From contig CACHGA010000002.1 of NCBI GenBank assembly GCA_902579285.1, positions 7,906-71,905 of the forward strand: a stretch of 64,000 nucleotides of DNA, read 5' to 3'. The DNA comes from an uncultured Pelagibacteraceae bacterium (GTDB lineage: Bacteria > Pseudomonadota > Alphaproteobacteria > Pelagibacterales > Pelagibacteraceae). The notes under the pieces are model-generated. The model saw only the letters and a list, made by a program, of their open reading frames with translations, was not told the origin of the DNA and did no database searches. The stretch's first letter is position 1; every line of letters starts with the position of its first letter. Positions 19,623 to 30,003 of this stretch are shown one piece after another. The translations under genes were made by a program, and so were the position numbers.

Positions 19623-20936
19623 TTAATTTTTAATAAGTTTAATAATTTGTTTTAAATCTAACATTTTGGCTTCAAAACCAATTTCCTTAAATTCATATAA
19701 ATCCTTAGACGATTTAGATCCTATTATAATTTGGAAAGGTATCCCTAATAGATCATGTTTTTTAAATTTATTTGAGATATTTTCTTCAATATCATCTAAA
19801 AGCACATCTAAATTATTTTTTCTTAACTCATCATAAAGTTTTTTTGCTTTTTCTAAATTTGATGTATCATTTTTATTTATTGAAGGTATTATTACAATAT
19901 CAAATGGTGATACAGATTTAGGCCACTTCATAATATTATTAACGTACTTAGCTTCGATAATTGCAGCTACTAATCGTGATACTCCTATACCGTAGGAACC
20001 CATTTTAACAAATATTTTTTTTCCATCTTTTGTATCAACTGAACAATTCATTGGTTTGGAATATTTGTCTCCAAAATAGAATATGTGCCCAACTTCAATA
20101 CCTTTGGTCTGTATTTGGTTTCCTTTTTTTACATTTTTATCAAATTCAGATGATTTGTATTTATCATCAGTAACAGCATAATATTTAGAAAAGTCATTTC
20201 TCATTTTTTCTAGAGAGGATCTTTCGTTTTTATAATTATCAACTGAAATATCAAAAACCATTTTGTCGGCATAAATTTTACTTTCACCTGTTTCAGCTAA
20301 AATTATAAATTCATGAGACAGATCTCCACCAATTGGTCCAGTATCAGCCTTCATGGGAATGGATTTGAGACCTAAACGTTGAAATGTTTTAAGGTACGCA
20401 TAGAACATTTTGTTGTAAGTAAGTGAAGCTTCGTTCTCGTTTAAATCAAATGAATATGCATCTTTCATATAAAATTCTCTACACCTCATAACTCCAAAAC
20501 GGGGCCTTAGTTCGTCTCTAAATTTCCACTGTATGTGATAAAAAATTTGCGGCAATAATTTGTAGGATTTCACACTGGATCTAAATATTTCTGTGATTTG
20601 CTCTTCATTTGTAGGCCCATAAAGCATCTCTCGTTTTTGCCGATCAGATATTCTTAGCATTTCTTCGCCATAATCATCATATCTTCCACTTTCTTTCCAT
20701 ATGTCAGCTGATTGAATAGTTGGCATTAACATTTCTTGAGAACCTATATTGTTTTGTTCTTCCCTTACTATTTTCTCTATTTTTTTCATTATTTTGAATC
20801 CAAGTGGTAGCCATGAATAAATACCAGTTGAAGATTGTCTTATCATTCCCGTTCTTAACATTAGTTGATGAGACTTGATTTTTGCCTCAGCAGGCAAATC
20901 TTTTGTTATTGGTACAAAAAGTTTTGATAAAAGCAT
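19623..20936 (-). CDS. proS: prolyl-tRNA synthetase (short form without an insertion editing domain)
   Basis: 437-aa class II aaRS with motif 2 region FRDELRPRFGVMRCREFYMKDAYSF. Confidence 0.93.
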   Translation of the reverse strand: MLLSKLFVPITKDLPAEAKIKSHQLMLRTGMIRQSSTGIYSWLPLGFKIMKKIEKIVREEQNNIGSQEMLMPTIQSADIWKESGRYDDYGEEMLRISDRQKREMLYGPTNEEQITEIFRSSVKSYKLLPQIFYHIQWKFRDELRPRFGVMRCREFYMKDAYSFDLNENEASLTYNKMFYAYLKTFQRLGLKSIPMKADTGPIGGDLSHEFIILAETGESKIYADKMVFDISVDNYKNERSSLEKMRNDFSKYYAVTDDKYKSSEFDKNVKKGNQIQTKGIEVGHIFYFGDKYSKPMNCSVDTKDGKKIFVKMGSYGIGVSRLVAAIIEAKYVNNIMKWPKSVSPFDIVIIPSINKNDTSNLEKAKKLYDELRKNNLDVLLDDIEENISNKFKKHDLLGIPFQIIIGSKSSKDLYEFKEIGFEAKMLDLKQIIKLIKN

Positions 20937-22597
20937 TATAATCGAGCAATATTTATATTTGTAAAGGGCTTTTTCCCTGTTCTTTCTTTGATTAACTTTC
21001 TACAATTTTGTTTTATTGTTTCAATAAGGTTCTTTTCTTGGTTTTTATTCTTCATAGAAAATGATCTACAAGTATTAAAGATTTTGTCTTCCATTTCAAA
21101 AATAATTTTTTCATCAAAATTATTTTCTGGTATTCCTCTGTATGAGATTACAGGTTTATTTAATTTGCCACTATTATTCAATATAAGTGTTATTTCCAAA
21201 TATCCGTTCAAAGATAGATTTCTTCTTTCTTTAATAGACTGAGAATTCTCTCCTACCGCAATATTTCCGTCTAAATACATTTTACCAGATGGTGCTTTAT
21301 CAATAACTTCAGGATTTTGGCCGGGATAAATTCTTACTACATCCCCGTCTTCAATTCTAAGTGCATGTGGAATCTGCATTTCTTTTGCAAATCTAATATG
21401 TTCGTTCATATGCCTATGTTCTCCATGCACAGGTATAATAGACTCTGGTTTTACCCAATTATACATATCTTTCAAGTCGTCTCTGTTAGGATGTCCTGAA
21501 ACATGAACAAAATCTGTTTCTTCGGTAACTAATTCAATTTCTTGTCTTACTAGATCGTTGTGTAAAGAGTAGAGCTTCTTCTCATTACCAGGAATAATTT
21601 TAGAAGAAAAAATAACCGTATCACCTTTTTCTATAAACACATCTGGATGAATACCTTTTACTATTCTCTTCATAGCACCCATTGGCTCACCTTGGCTTCC
21701 TGTGCACAAAAAAACCAATTTTTCTCTGGGGAAGTTTTTACTTTCTCTAGGATCAATTGGGTTTTGGATATTTTGCAAATATCCACACTGTTTTGCTGCT
21801 TTAAATATTCTATTCATGGATCTACCAACTAAACAAACTTGTCTATTGATTTTTTCTGCACAGTAAAAAATGGTTTCCATTCTGGCCACATTAGATGCAA
21901 ACGAAGTTACGATAATTCTTTTAGATTTGAGAGACATAATTTTTAAAAGACTTTCTCTAACATCAGACTCTGAACCAGCTCTTCCAGGACTAAAAATATT
22001 TGTTGAGTCACAAATCATAGCTAGAACTTTATTGTTTCCTATTTCTTTGAGTTTTTTTTCGTTTATTTTATCCCCTATTAATGGATTGGGATCGATTTTC
22101 CAGTCACCAGTATGTAAAACCATACCTGCCGGTGTTTTAATACTTAGACCATTAGGTTCTAATATTGAATGAGTCAAACTAACAAACTCAATATTAAATG
22201 GTCCAAGTTCAATTTTACCATTCAATTTAACTATTTTTAAATAATTAGAAATATCTATTTTTTTTTCTTTAAATTTTTCTTGAATAAGCACTGATGTAAA
22301 TGGTGTAGCATATATATTGCATTTTAAATCCGACCATATATGAGATATTGCACCAATATGATCCTCATGTGCATGGGTTAAAACGATCCCAAGTAAATCA
22401 TTTTTTTTATCAATAATAAAAGCTGGATCTGGATAAATTAAATCGACTCCAGGAATAGAGTCATCAGCAAAACTTACACCTGTGTCTACGATTATCCACT
22501 TTTGATTTTCCTCATTACCGTACGCATATAAATTCATGTTTCCACCGATTTGACCAGATCCACCTAATGGACAAAAAATTAATTCATTTTTATTCAT
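20936..22597 (-). CDS. rnj: ribonuclease J (metallo-beta-lactamase/beta-CASP)
   Basis: 553 aa with the THAHEDHIG (HxHxDH) motif and beta-CASP-like downstream regions. Confidence 0.85.
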   Translation of the reverse strand: MNKNELIFCPLGGSGQIGGNMNLYAYGNEENQKWIIVDTGVSFADDSIPGVDLIYPDPAFIIDKKNDLLGIVLTHAHEDHIGAISHIWSDLKCNIYATPFTSVLIQEKFKEKKIDISNYLKIVKLNGKIELGPFNIEFVSLTHSILEPNGLSIKTPAGMVLHTGDWKIDPNPLIGDKINEKKLKEIGNNKVLAMICDSTNIFSPGRAGSESDVRESLLKIMSLKSKRIIVTSFASNVARMETIFYCAEKINRQVCLVGRSMNRIFKAAKQCGYLQNIQNPIDPRESKNFPREKLVFLCTGSQGEPMGAMKRIVKGIHPDVFIEKGDTVIFSSKIIPGNEKKLYSLHNDLVRQEIELVTEETDFVHVSGHPNRDDLKDMYNWVKPESIIPVHGEHRHMNEHIRFAKEMQIPHALRIEDGDVVRIYPGQNPEVIDKAPSGKMYLDGNIAVGENSQSIKERRNLSLNGYLEITLILNNSGKLNKPVISYRGIPENNFDEKIIFEMEDKIFNTCRSFSMKNKNQEKNLIETIKQNCRKLIKERTGKKPFTNINIARL

Positions 22598-23352
22598 ATT
22601 AAAAACTTTTTATAAATTTCTATAATTCCTAAGATTGTAATATTTTTTTCTATTTTCACTTTTTTGATTAGACGGTTTTTAAAAAAATTAGCATATCCAC
22701 CAGTTAATATAAGATTTGAACTTATACCATTTTTATTATGTATTTTTTTTAAAATATTGTTTATTAAACCTTCATAACCCCAATAAAAACCTGACGAAAG
22801 TGCCTCCATTGTATTTTTGCCATAACTTTTTGGATATTTTTTAAATTTAAATGACGGTAATAGTGCGGTTGAGGAATATAAATTTTCAATAGAAAGTTTA
22901 ATACCAGGGGCTATTACACCACCATCATAAATGCCTTTTGACTTAATAATATCAAATGTAGTCGCGGTGCCGAAATCAATAACAATACAATTTGACTTAA
23001 ATTTGAAGTATGCACCAACTGAATTGGCTATACGATCTGAACCGAGTTGAGAATATTTCTTAATATTAAATTTCATTAAATTTTTTAAATTAAAGTTTTT
23101 GATTTCATAAACTTGCATTTTTTTCTTTTTAAAAATAAATTTAATTTTATTAAAAACTTGAGGAACTACGCTTGAAAATAGAACTTTTTTATTAAAATTT
23201 TTTTCATTTATATTTTTAATTTTTGTAGTCAATTCTTTTTTTAAATTTGAGCTTTTTGAGTTAAATAAATAAGTATTTTTTATTCTAAATTTTTTATCTA
23301 TTTTACAAATCTTTATATTAGTGTTTCCTATGTCTCCAACTAAATAGTTCAT
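22594..23352 (-). CDS. coaX: type III pantothenate kinase
   Basis: Contains the N-terminal [10 protein letters not shown] motif; 252 aa. Confidence 0.9.
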   Translation of the reverse strand: MNYLVGDIGNTNIKICKIDKKFRIKNTYLFNSKSSNLKKELTTKIKNINEKNFNKKVLFSSVVPQVFNKIKFIFKKKKMQVYEIKNFNLKNLMKFNIKKYSQLGSDRIANSVGAYFKFKSNCIVIDFGTATTFDIIKSKGIYDGGVIAPGIKLSIENLYSSTALLPSFKFKKYPKSYGKNTMEALSSGFYWGYEGLINNILKKIHNKNGISSNLILTGGYANFFKNRLIKKVKIEKNITILGIIEIYKKFLI

Positions 23353-24818
23353 TTTTTTAATTCTGTTTTGAGGATTTCGTTTACTAATTTTGGATTAGCC
23401 TTTCCTGCTGAAATTTTCATTACTTCACCTATAAAGAAACCAAACAATTTAACTTTTCCTGACTTGTACTCTGAGACCTTTTCAGAGTGTTTGTCTAAGA
23501 CTTTTTTAATAATTTTTTTAATTTCTTCAGGATTACTTTGTTGTTTAAGACCCTTATCCTCAATAATTTTGTCAGCCGAAGAACCGGTTTTAACCATAAT
23601 GTCAAAAACTTCTTTTGCAATCTTTCCTGAAATATTTCCAGAAGAAATTTGATTTATCAAAATAGCTAAATTTTTTGGTGTAACCGGTGACTTTTTTATT
23701 TCAATATTTTTTTCATTTAAAACAGCAAAAAGTTCAACAATAATCCAATTTTTTGCAAGTTTAATGTCTGAGGTTTTAATTACCTCTTCAAAAAATTTAG
23801 AAACATCAATCTCAGAAACAAGAACATTGGCCTCATAAGGTGAAAGATTAAATTTTTTTATGTACCTGTCTTTTTTTTGATCTGGAAGCTCTGGCAATTT
23901 CTTTTTTAAATTTTCTACAAAGGATTTTTCAATTTTTAAAGGAAGTAAATCAGGATCTGGAAAGTACCTATAATCATGGGCCTCTTCTTTTAATCTCATT
24001 GATCTGGTCTCTTTTTTTTTGGTATCAAAAAGTCTAGTTTCTTGGTCAATAGATTTACCTGACTCTAATAATTCAACTTGTCTTTTTGCTTCAGAATCAA
24101 TTGCCATTTCCATAAATTTTATTGAGTTTACGTTTTTAATTTCACATCTGGTTCCAAATTTAGTTTCACCTTTTATACGAACAGAAACATTTACATCTGC
24201 TCTTAAGGAGCCTTCTTGCATGTTGCCGTCACATGTACCTAAATATCGCATTATTGATCTGAGCTTTTTAATATAAGAATTTACTTCTTCGGGCGATCTA
24301 AGATCTGGCTTACTCACAATCTCCATTAAAGCAACACCTGATCTATTTAAATCAACATAAGTATTATCAGGACTTAAGTCATGAATACTTTTGCCCGCAT
24401 CTTGCTCTAAGTGCAATCTTTCTATTCCAATTTTTTTACTCCCGTACGGCATATCAAGATTTATCTCCCCTTCTCCCACAATGGGATTTTTATATTGAGA
24501 AATTTGATAACCAGCAGGCAGATCAGCATAGAAATAATTTTTTCTATCAAATATAGAGTCTAAGTTAATTTTTGCATTTAATCCTAAACCAGTTTTGACT
24601 GCTTGTTCTATACAATATTCATTTATTACAGGAAGCATTCCTGGAAAGGCCGAGTCTACCAAACTTACTTGTGTATTTGGTTTTCCACCAAATTTCGTTG
24701 AAGAACCAGAAAACAGTTTAGAGTCTGAAACTACCTGAGCATGCACCTCTAAACCAATAATTACTTCCCAATTATTTTTTTCAGTTTTTATAAAATAATT
24801 AAATTTATCATTCTCCAT
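23349..24818 (-). CDS. gatB: Asp/Glu-tRNA amidotransferase subunit B
   Basis: Contains the [11 protein letters not shown] motif. The ATG at 24818 overlaps the gatA stop by 1 nt. The ORF-track alternative start at 24833 adds 5 aa. Confidence 0.95.
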   Translation of the reverse strand: MENDKFNYFIKTEKNNWEVIIGLEVHAQVVSDSKLFSGSSTKFGGKPNTQVSLVDSAFPGMLPVINEYCIEQAVKTGLGLNAKINLDSIFDRKNYFYADLPAGYQISQYKNPIVGEGEINLDMPYGSKKIGIERLHLEQDAGKSIHDLSPDNTYVDLNRSGVALMEIVSKPDLRSPEEVNSYIKKLRSIMRYLGTCDGNMQEGSLRADVNVSVRIKGETKFGTRCEIKNVNSIKFMEMAIDSEAKRQVELLESGKSIDQETRLFDTKKKETRSMRLKEEAHDYRYFPDPDLLPLKIEKSFVENLKKKLPELPDQKKDRYIKKFNLSPYEANVLVSEIDVSKFFEEVIKTSDIKLAKNWIIVELFAVLNEKNIEIKKSPVTPKNLAILINQISSGNISGKIAKEVFDIMVKTGSSADKIIEDKGLKQQSNPEEIKKIIKKVLDKHSEKVSEYKSGKVKLFGFFIGEVMKISAGKANPKLVNEILKTELKK

Positions 24819-26278
24819 TATTTTTCCCACCATCTATCAATTGAATTTTTAAAATTAATAGCTTTTTCCATAGTTAGAGCGATATTTAAAATTGTTTGCT
24901 CATCTAAAGCTTTTGCAATTAATTGTAAACCCATTGGGTAACCCTTACTATCTAATCCGCCAGGAATAGAAATTGCAGGTATACCTGCTAAATTAACAGG
25001 CACTGTAAATATATCATTTAAATACATTGAGATTGGATCATTAGTTTTTTCCCCAAATTTAAATGCAGAACTTGGGGTAGAAGGAGTTAGGATAGCATCT
25101 ACTTTTTTAAAACTTTCATCAAAATCATTTTTAATTAATTTTCTTACCTTTTGGGCCTTCAAGTAATAAGCATCGTAATAACCAGAGGATAAAACATAAG
25201 TTCCAATTAAAACTCTTCGTTTTACCTCTCTACCAAATCCTTCGCCTCTGGTATTTTCGTACATTTCTATGAGGTTTTTTCCTTTTTTCGATCTGTACCC
25301 ATACTTTACTCCATCATATCTCGCTAAATTTGAAGACGCTTCTGCAGGCGCTACTATATAATAAGTTGGTAATGCATAATTAGTGTGTGGAAGAGATATG
25401 TCGACTATAGTGGCGCCTGATTTTTTTAAAATATCTATTCCTTTATTCCAAATATTATCAATTTCTTTTGGCATATTATCAATCCTGTATTCTTTGGGGA
25501 TCCCAATTTTTAAACCTTTCACATTTTCGTTTAAATTTTTTGAATATTGTTCTTTTTTTTTATTAATAGATGTTGAATCCTTTGGGTCATATCCAGACAT
25601 AGCTTCAAGTAAAAGAGCACAATCCTCAACATTTTTAGTCATGGGGCCTGCCTGATCTAAAGATGAAGCAAAAGCCACTATTCCCCATCGTGAACATAAT
25701 CCGTATGTAGGTTTTAAACCTACAGTACCTGTAAAAGATGCTGGTTGTCTTATTGAGCCACCCGTATCAGTACCAATTGTAGCTGGTGTTAAATTTGCTG
25801 CCAATGCACTTGCAGAACCACCGGACGATCCACCAGGAACTAAATTTTTTCCTATTGGATTTATTGCATTACCAAAATAGCTAGTTTCATTCGAAGATCC
25901 CATGGCAAATTCATCACAATTTAGTTTTCCTAAAATTATAGCACCTTCCGACCATAAATTATTTGTTACACTAGACTCATATGATGGTGTAAAATTTTCG
26001 AGAATTTTACTTCCAGCAGTTGTTTTGATATTTTTTGTACAGAATAAATCTTTAACAGCGAGTGGAATGCCAGGAAGTAACCCATTATAATTTTTCTTGC
26101 TATCAAAGTTTTTTGCATTTTTAAGACTTTTTTCGAAACAAGTTGTAATAAAAGAGTTTAATTTTTTTGCCTTTTCTATATTTTTAATAAAAAATTTTGT
26201 TACCTCTAATGAAGATATTTTTTTTGTTTTAATTAAATTTGCAATTTGACTAAGAGTATTTTGGTTAAGATCTGACAT
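24818..26278 (-). CDS. gatA: Asp/Glu-tRNA amidotransferase subunit A
   Basis: Contains the amidase signature [13 protein letters not shown]; 486 aa. Confidence 0.96.
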   Translation of the reverse strand: MSDLNQNTLSQIANLIKTKKISSLEVTKFFIKNIEKAKKLNSFITTCFEKSLKNAKNFDSKKNYNGLLPGIPLAVKDLFCTKNIKTTAGSKILENFTPSYESSVTNNLWSEGAIILGKLNCDEFAMGSSNETSYFGNAINPIGKNLVPGGSSGGSASALAANLTPATIGTDTGGSIRQPASFTGTVGLKPTYGLCSRWGIVAFASSLDQAGPMTKNVEDCALLLEAMSGYDPKDSTSINKKKEQYSKNLNENVKGLKIGIPKEYRIDNMPKEIDNIWNKGIDILKKSGATIVDISLPHTNYALPTYYIVAPAEASSNLARYDGVKYGYRSKKGKNLIEMYENTRGEGFGREVKRRVLIGTYVLSSGYYDAYYLKAQKVRKLIKNDFDESFKKVDAILTPSTPSSAFKFGEKTNDPISMYLNDIFTVPVNLAGIPAISIPGGLDSKGYPMGLQLIAKALDEQTILNIALTMEKAINFKNSIDRWWEK

Positions 26279-26280
26279 AT

Positions 26281-26568
26281 TTATTCAACAACTTTTGGTA
26301 CAACGAAAAAATCTTCATTTTTATCAGGTGAATTTTTTAGTATTTCTTCTTTTATCTTACCATCATTGACTTTGTCTTTTCGTGGCTCAAGTGATTTATC
26401 AACTATTGAGTTTAGTGGTTTTACATTATTAGTGTCTAATTTATTGAGCTGCTCAACAAATTTCAATATTGATGCCAAATCATTTGATAAAGACTCTAAA
26501 TTTTTATCATCTAGTGAAATTCTCGATAGTTTAGCAACTTTTTTAACTTGGTTTTTATCAATAGACAT
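26281..26568 (-). CDS. gatC: Asp/Glu-tRNA amidotransferase subunit C
   Basis: 95 aa, upstream of gatA, with GatC-like sequence. Confidence 0.9.
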   Translation of the reverse strand: MSIDKNQVKKVAKLSRISLDDKNLESLSNDLASILKFVEQLNKLDTNNVKPLNSIVDKSLEPRKDKVNDGKIKEEILKNSPDKNEDFFVVPKVVE

Positions 26569-26621
26569 CTATAAACTATGTTTTAGTTTGTTTAGAAAGT
26601 GGTGTAAAATATAACATATTC

Positions 26622-27077
26622 ATGGAAGATATAGAAGATTTTAAGAAATCTATAGGAAAGAAATCTCGATTATTGGGTATTGACCCGGGTAAAAAAAGGG
26701 TTGGAATAGCTATATCAGATGAAAATAAACTGGTGTCAACACCATTAAAAACAATCTTAAAAAAAAATAACACAAATGTGATAAATGATATTTTAGAAAT
26801 AATAAAAGAAAACAACATCAAAGGAATCGTCGTAGGTAACCCAATAAATATGGACGGTTCAAAAGGTCCATCCTCTCAATCGGCGAAAGATTTTGCTAAA
26901 AATCTATCAAATAATATTTCAATACCCATCGTCATGTGGGATGAAAGATTATCAAGCCAAGGGGCATTCAATTTATCAAGTAATTTAGACATTAATACAT
27001 CCAAAAAAGTTAAAAAATTAGACCAAAACGCTGCCTCATTTATATTACAAGGCGCGATTGATTATATTATCAGATAA
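26622..27077 (+). CDS. ruvX: putative pre-16S rRNA nuclease / Holliday-junction-resolvase-like YqgF
   Basis: Contains the LGIDPGKKRVGIAISD RNase H-fold motif; 151 aa. Confidence 0.88.
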   Translation: MEDIEDFKKSIGKKSRLLGIDPGKKRVGIAISDENKLVSTPLKTILKKNNTNVINDILEIIKENNIKGIVVGNPINMDGSKGPSSQSAKDFAKNLSNNISIPIVMWDERLSSQGAFNLSSNLDINTSKKVKKLDQNAASFILQGAIDYIIR

Positions 27078-27121
27078 ATAACTTGCTAAGATAGCACAAA
27101 AGGCCTATAGAGTTAATTTTA

Positions 27122-28066
27122 ATGGCTATTATTAAAAAGTTTTCGGCTGTTAAAAAAATCCAAGAACATCTCTTAGGAATCCAAAATCTTTCTATCAAAG
27201 AAGCCAATCTTATACTAGATGAAGCAAAAAATTTCATAAAATTAAATAGAAGTGCTTCTAAAAAAACGGATTTGCTAAGAGGAAAAACGCAAATAAATTT
27301 ATTTTTTGAACCATCAACTAGAACACAAAGTTCGTTTGAATTAGCTGGTAAAAGATTAGGTGCTGATGTGATGACTATGAATGTAGGAAACTCATCTTTA
27401 AAAAAAGGAGAAACTATATTGGATACCGCAATGACTCTGAACGCAATGCATCCAGATATTATCGTAGTAAGACATCAGGAATCTGGTGCACCAAATCTAT
27501 TATCTCAAAAAGTTAATTGTGCCGTAATAAATGCTGGCGATGGATTAAGAGAGCACCCTACTCAAGCACTTTTAGATGCATTAACTATAAAAAATAGAAA
27601 AGGAAAAATTGAGGGACTTAAAATTGCAATCTGCGGCGACATACTCCATTCAAGAGTAGCAAGATCAAATATCTACTTATTAAATATGTTGGGTGCAGAA
27701 GTAAATATTATATCTCCAAAAACTTTAATACCTGACTCGATTACTAAACTTGGAGTAAAAAGTTTCACAAACATGAAAGAAGGATTGAAATCTTGTGACA
27801 TCGTAATGATGCTGAGATTACAGAATGAGAGAATGAAGGGATCTTTTTTGCCATCAAAAAGAGAGTATTATGAATATTTTGGACTAACACCAGATAAATT
27901 AAGGCTTGCAAAAAAAGATGCTTTAATAATGCATCCAGGACCAATGAATAGAGGTGTCGAAATAGACACAAAATTAGCTGATGATATTAATGTAAGTTTG
28001 GTTAAAGAACAGGTGGAATTAGGAGTTGCGGTAAGAATGGCATGCTTGAAACTATATTGTAAATAA
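27122..28066 (+). CDS. pyrB: aspartate carbamoyltransferase catalytic subunit
   Basis: Contains the [17 protein letters not shown] and HPGPMNRG motifs. Confidence 0.95.
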   Translation: MAIIKKFSAVKKIQEHLLGIQNLSIKEANLILDEAKNFIKLNRSASKKTDLLRGKTQINLFFEPSTRTQSSFELAGKRLGADVMTMNVGNSSLKKGETILDTAMTLNAMHPDIIVVRHQESGAPNLLSQKVNCAVINAGDGLREHPTQALLDALTIKNRKGKIEGLKIAICGDILHSRVARSNIYLLNMLGAEVNIISPKTLIPDSITKLGVKSFTNMKEGLKSCDIVMMLRLQNERMKGSFLPSKREYYEYFGLTPDKLRLAKKDALIMHPGPMNRGVEIDTKLADDINVSLVKEQVELGVAVRMACLKLYCK

Positions 28067-28068
28067 TA

Positions 28069-29355
28069 ATGAAAGAAAAATATTTTATAAATGCAAGAAT
28101 AATTGATCCCTCTCAAAATATAGATGAGACTGGTGGATTAATTGTTGGATCAGATGGTAAAATTAAATCAGTAGGTAAAAATGTTAAAAAAGATAATATT
28201 TCTTCAAAAGCTGATAAAATTGATTTGAAAGGAAAAGTTTTGATACCTGGAATTGTAGACATGAAAGTTTTTATTGGTGAACCTGGTTATGAATATAAGG
28301 AAAATTTTAGAAGTTTAAGTAGTGCTGCTTTATCAGGTGGTGTAACTTCGGTAGTATCAATGCCGAATACAAGTCCAGTAATAGACAATGTCTCTATGGT
28401 TGATTTTATTCTAAGAAGAGGTAGGGATAAAGCTGGTATTAATATTTATCCATCAGCAACACTTACAAGAAATATGGATGGAAAATTAATGACAGAATTT
28501 GGTTTGTTATCAAAAAAAGGAATAGTTGGATTTACAGATGCAACTAAGACTATTCAAAATCCTGAAATAATGTCTAGAATAATGAACTATGCTTCAGATC
28601 TTGATGTTTTAATAATGCAGCACCCTGAAGATCAAGAACTCTCAAAGGGAAGATGTATTAGTGAAGGCGAGGTTTCTACAAGACTGGGCTTGCAGGGAAT
28701 ACATCATATTGCAGAGAAAATTATTATAGAGAGAGATTTGTCTTTATTAGAAGAGTATCCGTGTAGATATCATATATCACAGTTATCATCGGCGAAATCA
28801 GTCGAGGTTATAAAAAAATATAAAAAAAATGGTCTTAAGTTCACTGCTGGAGTTTCAATAAATAATCTCTCTTTAAATGAAAATGATATTGGGGATTTTA
28901 AAACTTTTTTAAAAATTTCCCCTCCTTTAAGGAAAGAAAATGACAGAAAAGCACTAATTCAAGGTGTAAAGGATGGCATGATAGATGTAATAGTCTCTGA
29001 TCATAAGCCTGAGGACGAGGAGAGTAAAAGGCTTCCATTTGCACAAGCTGCTGAAGGATCTATTGGGATTGAAACCCTTTTGTCTTTAGCTCTTGAACTA
29101 TATCATAATGGATCTCTACCTTTAAAAAAGATAATAGAAACTATTACTTATAACCCGGCAAAAATATTAAAAATCGATAAAGGGACACTAAAAAAAGGTT
29201 CTGATGCCGATTTATGTATTTTTGACCTTGATCAACCATGGAAAGTGGACGTTTCAAAGTTAAAATCAAAATCTAAAAATGCTGCTATAGAAAATAGAAA
29301 ACTTCAAGGAAAAGTTTTAATGACTTACCTTAAGGGGGAAAGTGTTTTTAATTAA
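28069..29355 (+). CDS. dihydroorotase-like protein, probably non-catalytic (PyrC'-type ATCase partner)
   Basis: Aligns well to type I dihydroorotases (GIVDMKVFIGEPGYEYKE...VVSMPNTSPV). The DxHxH metal-ligand motif reads DMKVF instead. Confidence 0.7.
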   Translation: MKEKYFINARIIDPSQNIDETGGLIVGSDGKIKSVGKNVKKDNISSKADKIDLKGKVLIPGIVDMKVFIGEPGYEYKENFRSLSSAALSGGVTSVVSMPNTSPVIDNVSMVDFILRRGRDKAGINIYPSATLTRNMDGKLMTEFGLLSKKGIVGFTDATKTIQNPEIMSRIMNYASDLDVLIMQHPEDQELSKGRCISEGEVSTRLGLQGIHHIAEKIIIERDLSLLEEYPCRYHISQLSSAKSVEVIKKYKKNGLKFTAGVSINNLSLNENDIGDFKTFLKISPPLRKENDRKALIQGVKDGMIDVIVSDHKPEDEESKRLPFAQAAEGSIGIETLLSLALELYHNGSLPLKKIIETITYNPAKILKIDKGTLKKGSDADLCIFDLDQPWKVDVSKLKSKSKNAAIENRKLQGKVLMTYLKGESVFN

Positions 29356-29357
29356 TT

Positions 29358-29939
29358 GTGTCTACTGAAGTTTTAATTGTATTCATATCGTCCTACGCAC
29401 TAGGTTCAATTCCTTTTGGACTGATTTTAACTAAAATTTTCATAAATAAAGATTTAAGAAAAATTGGATCTAAAAATATAGGAGCTACAAATGTTTTGAG
29501 AACGGGCAGTAAATCTATTGCTATCTTAACTTTATTACTAGATATTTTAAAAGGTTGTGCAGCAGTATTAATTACTGAGGTTTATTTTCCAAATTTAATT
29601 TTTTTATCAGGTCTCGCAGCATTTCTTGGACATATTTTTCCAGTTTGGTTAAAATTTAATGGAGGCAAAGGTGTTGCAACATATCTTGGTATACTACTTA
29701 TTTTGTCACTTAAGCTTGGATTGATTTTTTGTTTGTCTTGGGTGCTTATAGCTTTTATAACTAAATATTCCTCTTTATCGTCTATCATTTCGACATTAAT
29801 TATTTTTATAATTTCATTTTTGGAGATTAATTTTGAACTAAATACATATTTGTTTATTACCTTTGTCATTGTTTTATACACCCATAGACAGAATATAATT
29901 AGATTAAAAAATAAAGCTGAAGACAAAATTAAACTTTAA
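29358..29939 (+). CDS. plsY: glycerol-3-phosphate acyltransferase PlsY
   Basis: GTG start, multi-TM protein, with the GSKNIGATNVLRTG motif. Confidence 0.92.
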   Translation: MSTEVLIVFISSYALGSIPFGLILTKIFINKDLRKIGSKNIGATNVLRTGSKSIAILTLLLDILKGCAAVLITEVYFPNLIFLSGLAAFLGHIFPVWLKFNGGKGVATYLGILLILSLKLGLIFCLSWVLIAFITKYSSLSSIISTLIIFIISFLEINFELNTYLFITFVIVLYTHRQNIIRLKNKAEDKIKL

Positions 29940-30003
29940 AATCAACACTTATTATACTTTAGTTTGACAAAAGACTTTATTTTTGACACTAAGATTAATT
30001 ATA

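Noticed and set aside
26576-26821. 81-aa minus-strand ORF overlapping the ruvX start and the gatC-ruvX spacer.
   Set aside because: It is hydrophobic and low in complexity. It overlaps the well-supported ruvX on the opposite strand, and nothing suggests it is real.
27078-27121. Possible pyrimidine attenuator or PyrR site upstream of pyrB.
   Set aside because: The 44-nt spacer has only a 6-nt AGGCCT palindrome. It has no terminator/antiterminator pair and no leader ORF.
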